Shown here: in pieces, positions 25,321 to 32,000 of the stretch | How positions within the stretch are numbered: position 1 is the stretch's first letter | How the letters are laid out: each line of letters opens with the position of its first letter | Source: an uncultured archaeon | GTDB taxonomy: Archaea > Asgardarchaeota > Thorarchaeia > Thorarchaeales > Thorarchaeaceae | Assembly: GCA_964354495.1 (NCBI GenBank) | Contig: CAYHAA010000013.1 | Location: 1-32,000 of the forward strand | DNA: 32,000 nt | Reading direction: 5' to 3' | The notes under the pieces: generated by a model | What the model saw: the letters and a program-made list of their open reading frames with translations, nothing else | What the model was told of the DNA's origin: nothing | Database searches by the model: none | Position numbers and translations under genes: made by a program

Positions 25321-26514
25321 TCAGCGAAGCTTTGAAGCGATTGCTTCCGCGAGCCTCTTGAGCATATCAGTTTCCTCAGCAGACGGCTTACCTCTTACCC
25401 TAATGACGGGTTCGAGCACCTCCCACTTCATCTCCTCCGCCATCTTGTTGAGCTTCTCAAGGCCTCCGCCACCCCAGCCGAATGTCCCAAAGAAACCAAT
25501 CGGCCTGGATGCAAAGCGCTTGCCCTGCAATTCATTGACATATGTCCATACCTTGGGAAATGGGAAAGCATCATATGTAGGGGCACCAATGACAATCACT
25601 CCAGCTCGGACTGTATTCGTAATGATGTCACCTATGTCAGAGTATGAAACATTGTCTATCTTCACCTCTACGCCGAGGTTGAGCAACTCCTTCTTGAGAC
25701 TCATTGCTAGACGATGAGTATACCCATACATTGTTCCATACACTATCGCGCAGCATTTGTCTAGCTTCGGGCTGCTCCACTCATCGTACTTGGAAACTAT
25801 CCAGTTCGGATTCTTTCGATAGATAATCCCGTGACTCGGTGCTATGATTTTGATGTTGAGTCCAAGATCCTTGACCTTCTTGATGGCATTCTGGACGAAC
25901 TTGAAATACGAGGTGATAATGACTGAAACATACCGCCTACTCTCACGTTCCACAAGTTCTATATTTGCCTCATCGTCAAAATGCTTACCATTCAAAGCGC
26001 CGAAGGCTCCAAAGGCATCGCAGCTAAACAGAATACCGTCCTCCGCAATCCAGGTGGCCATGGTCTCTGGCCAATGAACGAACGGGATGTGGATGAACTT
26101 CAGAGTCTTCTTGCCCAGTGAAAGCTCCTCAAGGTCTTCCACTTTCTTTTCGCCAAGGTCCACATCGTAAAAGGACTTGCGCATATCTGATGCCCGCTGC
26201 GTATAGACCAGAGTCGCATTCTTGGCAATTCGGGCAATGTCGGGCAGGGCGCCGGTATGGTCGGGCTCCATATGATTCAAGATGATGTAGTCAATCTTCG
26301 CGGGATCTACTAACTCGCGGATATTGCCAAGCCACTCATCGGCCCATGGACCCTTTACAGTCTCAATGAGAGCTATCTTCTCATCCACAATCAGATAGCT
26401 GTTGTAGGACACTCCAAAGGGCAGCTTCCATAGGTTCTCAAACAGCTCCGTGTGATGGTCATCAACTCCAACATAGTATACGCCACTCGCGAGTTTCCTG
26501 TACAATTGTTTCAC
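25321..26514 (-). CDS. fprA: Flavodiiron protein (FprA/NorV family; O2/NO reductase)
   Basis: GVSYNSY, NHMEPDH, HWPET, SCDAFG, PSHG, then a flavodoxin domain (YGTMYGYT, GTFGWGGG). GTG start. Confidence 0.96.
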   Translation of the reverse strand: MKQLYRKLASGVYYVGVDDHHTELFENLWKLPFGVSYNSYLIVDEKIALIETVKGPWADEWLGNIRELVDPAKIDYIILNHMEPDHTGALPDIARIAKNATLVYTQRASDMRKSFYDVDLGEKKVEDLEELSLGKKTLKFIHIPFVHWPETMATWIAEDGILFSCDAFGAFGALNGKHFDDEANIELVERESRRYVSVIITSYFKFVQNAIKKVKDLGLNIKIIAPSHGIIYRKNPNWIVSKYDEWSSPKLDKCCAIVYGTMYGYTHRLAMSLKKELLNLGVEVKIDNVSYSDIGDIITNTVRAGVIVIGAPTYDAFPFPKVWTYVNELQGKRFASRPIGFFGTFGWGGGGLEKLNKMAEEMKWEVLEPVIRVRGKPSAEETDMLKRLAEAIASKLR

Positions 26515-26699
26515 CTGTTTCTCCTAAGTCTGAGAATATACACCAAGATTCCTAAGTAAAAAACCTTCTACTCATCTTCGACTCTCTTGTCACTGGAACG
26601 CCTTCGAAAGAGTCCGTAGGCATGAATTAAAAACCTAGTTCGACTACTATTAGCTAGCGAACAGACTGGAGTACCGCACCAAGAAACGGAGAGTCGGAC

Positions 26700-27248
26700 A
26701 TGAGGACACATTTCTATCTGCTCATCATGATCATCACATTGCTCTCTTCTTCTGGTCCGGGAGCGCAAACGAACGAAACAACTTCCGTAGGAACGCCGCT
26801 ATCAACTGACGACTTGGTTCTGAATCCGATTTCATCAACGGTCTACGATGTTGTCTGTACTGAGGGAGATACTCTCATTGGCGAATTCAGGATTGTTTCC
26901 GATGGCGACCGCTTTCCCGGGGATCAAACAAAATACGATAATTGGTTGCTAGGTGGTATAGATTTTCTAATCCTAGATGAGTTGAACTATGATTTCTGGA
27001 TGCAGTTGGAGCCAATATCCTCACATTACGAAAGAATCAATGTCATCCAACTCAAATGGCAATTCAGTGTACCTAGTTCTGGCACATGGTATCTAATCTA
27101 CATCAACAACACAATCTACATGAAACAAATCGAGAGCAGCATTACTCACCAAGGATCCACAGACCTCTCATTACCCATGGTTCTTGGACTACTAGGTCTG
27201 ATAGTCGTTCTTGGTTTAGGTCTGGCACAAAGGACAAGAAAGAGATAG
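26700..27248 (+). CDS. Type I membrane protein: signal peptide, beta-sandwich (p24/GOLD-like) domain, TM helix, basic tail
   Basis: Hydrophobic N-terminus; IDFLILDE.NY and QFSVPSSGTWYLIYIN; C-terminal TM followed by RTRKR. The fold call is by resemblance only. Confidence 0.6.
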   Translation: MRTHFYLLIMIITLLSSSGPGAQTNETTSVGTPLSTDDLVLNPISSTVYDVVCTEGDTLIGEFRIVSDGDRFPGDQTKYDNWLLGGIDFLILDELNYDFWMQLEPISSHYERINVIQLKWQFSVPSSGTWYLIYINNTIYMKQIESSITHQGSTDLSLPMVLGLLGLIVVLGLGLAQRTRKR

Positions 27249-27279
27249 CTGTGGCACCTGCTGCCACAGCATTTCAACA

Positions 27280-27738
27280 CTATTCTTTGGTAGACCCTTC
27301 CGAGGATTTTGACGCAGTTGCAGAGCTCTGCGCTGCTTCTCCACTTCTTGATGAGATAATCTCATCAATCAACTCATAGAGAGCACGTCCGAGGATGCCA
27401 CCGAATCCTCCAAGGAGGGCTCCAATGAGCACACTGATTATGATGACCACTGCACCTAGGCCCTCAAGGCCAAGAAGGGCGATGAAGAAGTTGGCAACAT
27501 CCATGGCCTGAGCTGTCAGCACGAGGTAGACAAAGAGCAGACTCCATGCGATGCCGACACCAAGGAATCCGACAAGGAATGCTTTTCGAATTCTTCTGAC
27601 GAACAAAGCTCCGAGAGCTCCAGCAATGAGCATCATCTTCCAGTCCCCTGTGAGCTGGAAAACAATACCAAAGACAATGGTGATTATGAGCGCAGGTAGA
27701 AACCCTAGATTGGGCATTATTTCATCTATCTTTTTCAT
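27280..27738 (-). CDS. Four-TM membrane protein, translationally coupled to the upstream acylase
   Basis: Gly-rich TM segments (IGALLGGFGGILG). The RBS ggagg overlaps the upstream TAG. Confidence 0.8.
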   Translation of the reverse strand: MKKIDEIMPNLGFLPALIITIVFGIVFQLTGDWKMMLIAGALGALFVRRIRKAFLVGFLGVGIAWSLLFVYLVLTAQAMDVANFFIALLGLEGLGAVVIIISVLIGALLGGFGGILGRALYELIDEIISSRSGEAAQSSATASKSSEGSTKE

Positions 27739-27749
27739 CTCAAGGCCTC

Positions 27750-30329
27750 CTATGGTGTAAAGATGATAGTCCGTTCTATCAACGTGTGACCAGTGTCTAT
27801 GGTTCTAAACGCATCAGCAGTTGCGTAGAAGTAGAGCACCTCATATCCGTAATGTTCCGTAACGGGGTCAAAGGCATACCAGAGATCGAAGTTGTCATCC
27901 CAATGAGGACTGAACATATTACCGCTCTGCCCACCAGGATATGCCATATACGACATCTGGATGTTACTCAAGTCAGCAACTAGTCTTGTTGAGGGACCAT
28001 GTGTGACTGTCCACCCCGGAGCCACGTTCAACGTGTTGCCTCCTCGATGAGGTCCTCCGCCGATGTAGTTCAGTCCTGCAAGGTGTTCAGCATAGACTAT
28101 GTGCCGGTTTCCATACTTGTAATCAGGTTCATCTGCCCACTCACCTGCAAGCTTATCGAGCGCTGTAAAGAGCGAGCGAACGAGGATATCATCTCGCGAT
28201 TCAGTAGTTCCAGTCGTTGTGTGGTCGTCAAAGTAGTAGCTATTGTTCTCGATAATCAGTTTTTCAAGAATAGGTGTCCGTGATAGCGGGAGCAAAGGAT
28301 CTAGAGTCCTCAGCTCATCGAATGCCTCATAATGGATTGCATCGAGAAGATACAACCATATGGTAGGCGCCTCCAATTCTGGTTCCATATCACATTCCCA
28401 AGAACCAAGGATATCAACAGCATCTGCAGCTGTTGTATTGGCGTTGCCGGAGTCATCCCAAGCAGAAATTACATAGGGCAGTATCGACTGAGCTCGAACT
28501 TCTACAACATCAGCCTGGAATCGTTTCATATCAGCGACAGTGACATTGTCGTCGTTCTGCAAAAGATAAGTGATACGTCTGCCTCGGTAGCCATTGTCTT
28601 GTGGACCCAAGATAGAATACCCATACTGGCTTGGAGCAATCGTTCGTTGGTTCGCTGACTGAACGAATCCACGAGCCGGATTGATCTCCCGAGGATTGTA
28701 TGCGTATGGTATGTTGCTGACCATTCCAACTGAGTCATTGAGAGCTATCACTGGATATTCACCAGTATATCCTGAACGGACTGGAAATCGTCCAACAACT
28801 AGCATAGCAATGTTACCGGAATCATCTCCATAGACGCAGTTCTGTGGGGGGCTGTCCCACCAGTACATCGCATCGATGAACTGTGTGAGATTGTCAGCTT
28901 TCATGAACTTTGCAGTTGCAACCAGCTCATGCGTGACCCCAGAGCCAGTCCAAGTCATTGCAAGATTGGCCTCACTCTCTCCATCTGAGTCAAATGTGGG
29001 CTCCACAGAATCGATGAGCGGACCATGAACCGATTCTTTGACAAAGAAGGGAATTGTGCCTCCTTCCTTGGTGTAGATGGTTTCATCATGGACCACAAAT
29101 GCATGATAGGTACCATTATACAAGTACTCGCTTGAGTTTGAAGGATTGAGTTGTTCCACAAAGATATCGAGTACATCTGCACCGACATTGGTGAAGCTGT
29201 ATGCAAGGTAATCATTATGACCGATGAGGACCCCAGGTAAACCTGGAAAAGTCGTACCGGTTACATCAAATCCATCCGCACCCGGTACCACGATGTGTGC
29301 TTCATACCAAACTGAGGGAGCTTGTAGGCTGAGGTGCGGATCTCCTGCAACAATTGGCATGCCTGTGGAAGACCTGGAGCCATTGACTGCCCAATTATTG
29401 CTTCCGATATACATTCCGTCACCAAAGGGCTTGATGACGTTGTTAATTGTACTAATGAGAAGTTCGAGTTTATCTTGAGCGATGACCACCTCGTCAGCGA
29501 TGGTTGGACCCATCAGGTCGCCAGGATTCTCTGTAGCAGGAAATCCACCTGGAGCAAGAGGATATTCGGCGATACTGAGGTTCACTTGATCCTGAACGAT
29601 CGGAACTGTGTAAGGCATGAGGTCCGGGAAGAGGTCATTGTACATCGTATCATTGTCCATAGTCGTCCTGATCCATTGTCTCTGGAAGTCGTAAATCCCT
29701 CCCGACAACCCCCACTCCAGCATCTTCGCCCCAACGAGTAGGTCTACAGCGCTCCACTCTTGTGGTGTATATTTCAGAATCTTGAACTCAATAGGAAGCG
29801 TAGCACTTGTCAAAGAATGAATGAAAGCATTGATACCATCTGCTTCAGCGTCAAGGGCTTCGAGTGCTGCAGCCACATCAGGATTCGAATCTGCAGTGGC
29901 AATGAACCAGTCAAGGGTTTCTTGGGCGGATCTTGCAAGCCCAATAGTCCGGTAGAACCTGTCCGAGCTTGCAGCATACGCGCCTACTATTTCACTTATT
30001 CTCCCAGCAGCTACGAAGGTCTGCATAGTTATCTGAAAGAGACGGTCCTTAGCATGCATGTAACCTAGCGCCATGAACGCATCCTTTGCTGCAGCCGCAT
30101 AGATGTGGGGGATTCCCAGATGGTCGATAATCACTTCAACATTGGCACCCAGTCCAGGTAACGAAATTGTCTGGTCACCCGGATCCGGTGTGCCATTGTC
30201 GAAGATGCCACCAATGGGTTGGATAATGCCTAGTCCTCCAGTCAGTGGACCAAGAGGCATCGAGAGAATCACAATCAATGTTATCGGTCCAACAAACGAG
30301 AGGATAAAATTGGCTAATTTCCTTTTCAA
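27750..30329 (-). CDS. Penicillin acylase family (S45 Ntn hydrolase), membrane-anchored or secreted
   Basis: N-terminal hydrophobic anchor, GIPHIYA, GYMHAKDRLFQ, beta-subunit start GSNNWAV, GDPHL, QSANQ, GGQSGN. Confidence 0.95.
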   Translation of the reverse strand: MKRKLANFILSFVGPITLIVILSMPLGPLTGGLGIIQPIGGIFDNGTPDPGDQTISLPGLGANVEVIIDHLGIPHIYAAAAKDAFMALGYMHAKDRLFQITMQTFVAAGRISEIVGAYAASSDRFYRTIGLARSAQETLDWFIATADSNPDVAAALEALDAEADGINAFIHSLTSATLPIEFKILKYTPQEWSAVDLLVGAKMLEWGLSGGIYDFQRQWIRTTMDNDTMYNDLFPDLMPYTVPIVQDQVNLSIAEYPLAPGGFPATENPGDLMGPTIADEVVIAQDKLELLISTINNVIKPFGDGMYIGSNNWAVNGSRSSTGMPIVAGDPHLSLQAPSVWYEAHIVVPGADGFDVTGTTFPGLPGVLIGHNDYLAYSFTNVGADVLDIFVEQLNPSNSSEYLYNGTYHAFVVHDETIYTKEGGTIPFFVKESVHGPLIDSVEPTFDSDGESEANLAMTWTGSGVTHELVATAKFMKADNLTQFIDAMYWWDSPPQNCVYGDDSGNIAMLVVGRFPVRSGYTGEYPVIALNDSVGMVSNIPYAYNPREINPARGFVQSANQRTIAPSQYGYSILGPQDNGYRGRRITYLLQNDDNVTVADMKRFQADVVEVRAQSILPYVISAWDDSGNANTTAADAVDILGSWECDMEPELEAPTIWLYLLDAIHYEAFDELRTLDPLLPLSRTPILEKLIIENNSYYFDDHTTTGTTESRDDILVRSLFTALDKLAGEWADEPDYKYGNRHIVYAEHLAGLNYIGGGPHRGGNTLNVAPGWTVTHGPSTRLVADLSNIQMSYMAYPGGQSGNMFSPHWDDNFDLWYAFDPVTEHYGYEVLYFYATADAFRTIDTGHTLIERTIIFTP

Positions 30330-30417
30330 CTCTCACCACTCTCAAGTATGGATTCCAAATACAGTATGCGAAGCGGCTCTTAAGCATACGGAGAAGCCAG
30401 CAAGTAAATCACTGGAA

Positions 30418-32000
30418 TCAGGGGACAAGATTCATCCTTCTCTCAATCCATGTACCGCTTGAGTCCGCACCATAGAACTGCGCCACAGACGCGTAGGCAT
30501 AGACCTCATGATAGTGATAATGTTCAGCTTCTTCATCGTAATCGAAATAGAGATGGAATAAGTCATCAAAATGCTCGCTGAAGGGATTGCCACTCTGTCC
30601 TCCGGCAACAACTATTCGAGAGTTCTGTCGACTACTGAGGTCAAGCACATATCTATAGACTGGACCGGAGGTCATTTCCCAACCATGTGAGGGGAAGAGT
30701 GTGTGCTGTCCTCGGATCGGACCTCCTTTAATGGTAGTCAGCCCAGCCATGTGTTCTATGTTCAGAGTGTGATGAAGACCATAGACCCAGTTGTCTGTAT
30801 CAGAGCCATAGGTTGCATGCATCGCATTGATAGCTCTCTGCAATGCTCTAACTAGAATCTGGTCCCGTGTCTCGATGATGCCCGAAGTCCGTTCATCATC
30901 AAAGTACTCGGATGTGTTGTCCAGAATGAGCTCTTCAATTACCGGGGAGCGCGGATAGATGCTAGATGGTAGCGCAGCTGACTTCTGCGGTGAGCTTAAC
31001 AGCTCAGGTTCAAGAAAATGCAATTCATCAAAGATCTCGTACTGGATTGCATCGAATAGATGCATCCAGACTGTGGGAGCAATAAGCTCTGTCGCCATCT
31101 CAAAATCCCATTCACGGAAGTACTCGACTACTGGCGCAATTGTCGTGTTGTCATCTCCGGAATCATCCCATGCAGATACAACTAGAGGCACAATGCTTCT
31201 TGCTCTGATCTCGATGGCATCGGCCTGAAACCTCATCATGTCCTCCACGGTCACACTATTGTCACTTGAGAGTAGCTCACTGATTCTTCTGCTGCGATAG
31301 CCATCAACGAACGGACCTACAATCGTGTAATTGTAGGTTGAGGGGTCGATAGGCCTCTGATTAGTTGAAGTAACGAATCCCCTTGACGGATTTATCTCGC
31401 GCGGCAAATGAGCATAGGGTATGTAACTGACCATGCCTATTGAATCATTCACAGCAGTGACAGGATATAATCCACTATAGCCGCTTCTTATTGGAAACAG
31501 CCCGCATACTGTCATGGCGATATTATTCTCGTTGTCAGCATAGGCGAAATTGAATACCGGATTATCCCACCAGTAGATAGCGTCAAAGAATTCCTCCATG
31601 CTGCGAGCTTTGTCGAATTGAAGAGCAGCCATGATTAGATGACTCACACCGTTGCCTGTCCAATTCATAGCCAAGTTACTTGGACTGCCATCTTCCGTTT
31701 CTACGACACCATCGATGAGTGGGCCATGGACAGAAGTCTTGACCTCAAATGGGATATCAACACCCTCTGAAGTATGGATGTCTTCGCTGATCACTTCGAA
31801 AGGCCTGAATTCCCCGTTATAGTAGTATTCACTTTCATTCTCTGGATTTAGTTCTTCTGCAAAGATATCTAGAACATCGACTCCGCCATTCGTGAAGCCC
31901 CAAGCAATGTAATCGTTGAAACCAGCTTCAATCGAAGGCATTCCGGGCAAGCTGATACCGCGAACATTCAACTCACCAGGAACGGAGATATGAACTTCAT
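30418..32000 (-). CDS. Penicillin acylase family (S45) paralogue, 5' partial
   Basis: The frame stays open to the window edge (...EVHISVPGELNVRGISLPGMP). GFTN, HGPLI, FNFAYAD, TSTNQ and GGQSGNPFS are colinear with the downstream paralogue. Confidence 0.93.
   Translation of the reverse strand, partial: EVHISVPGELNVRGISLPGMPSIEAGFNDYIAWGFTNGGVDVLDIFAEELNPENESEYYYNGEFRPFEVISEDIHTSEGVDIPFEVKTSVHGPLIDGVVETEDGSPSNLAMNWTGNGVSHLIMAALQFDKARSMEEFFDAIYWWDNPVFNFAYADNENNIAMTVCGLFPIRSGYSGLYPVTAVNDSIGMVSYIPYAHLPREINPSRGFVTSTNQRPIDPSTYNYTIVGPFVDGYRSRRISELLSSDNSVTVEDMMRFQADAIEIRARSIVPLVVSAWDDSGDDNTTIAPVVEYFREWDFEMATELIAPTVWMHLFDAIQYEIFDELHFLEPELLSSPQKSAALPSSIYPRSPVIEELILDNTSEYFDDERTSGIIETRDQILVRALQRAINAMHATYGSDTDNWVYGLHHTLNIEHMAGLTTIKGGPIRGQHTLFPSHGWEMTSGPVYRYVLDLSSRQNSRIVVAGGQSGNPFSEHFDDLFHLYFDYDEEAEHYHYHEVYAYASVAQFYGADSSGTWIERRMNLVP

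Noticed and set aside
26575-26699. gttcga (T-loop-like) sequence and cgactctc/gagagtcg inverted repeat suggesting a tRNA
   Set aside because: The flanks of the TTCGA do not form a 5-bp T stem, and no anticodon arm or acceptor stem can be drawn.
144-31228. Numerous 60-210 aa ORFs overlapping the called genes (e.g. 2007-2636, 3500-4006, 20809-21300)
   Set aside because: These are antisense or off-frame shadows of well-supported genes, with Ser/Arg-rich, motif-free composition.
1-32000. Selenoprotein (in-frame TGA) read-through, mobile elements, CRISPR, defence systems
   Set aside because: The genes I checked end at positions consistent with their families. No transposase, integrase, repeat array or SECIS-like element was seen. 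My manual scan is not exhaustive.

Overview
A gene-dense window with no mobile element, tRNA/rRNA gene or CRISPR array that I could recognise. It looks archaeal: GGTGA/GGAG ribosome-binding sites, AT-rich TATA-like boxes, a solute-binding protein with a Thr-rich linker and C-terminal membrane anchor, and surface enzymes rich in N-glycosylation sequons. The overall style suggests an anaerobic Asgard archaeon (Thorarchaeia-like); this is inference and needs phylogeny. The window is dominated by peptide/amide scavenging: two Dpp/Opp ABC operons (dppA'BCDF at 1-4914; dppBCDF plus two small membrane genes at 19089-24331) and three Ntn hydrolases (one C45, two tandem S45 penicillin-acylase family). 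It also holds an MFS transporter, a DapA-family lyase, a bacterial-type GAPDH, a divergent citrate synthase homologue, an AT3 acyltransferase, a DinB protein, an AOTCase/YgeW-like carbamoyltransferase and a rubrerythrin-FprA pair. Best candidate for an undescribed system: two orphan DppD-like ATPases (12693-13820, 14952-16037). They have no adjacent permease, share a private insertion and altered motifs, and one is catalytically degenerate. Other notable items: a 55-aa Cys/His protein missed by the ORF track, a p24/GOLD-like type I membrane protein, and both DppC subunits carrying extra N-terminal membrane domains. All family calls come from motif recognition by eye, with no database search.
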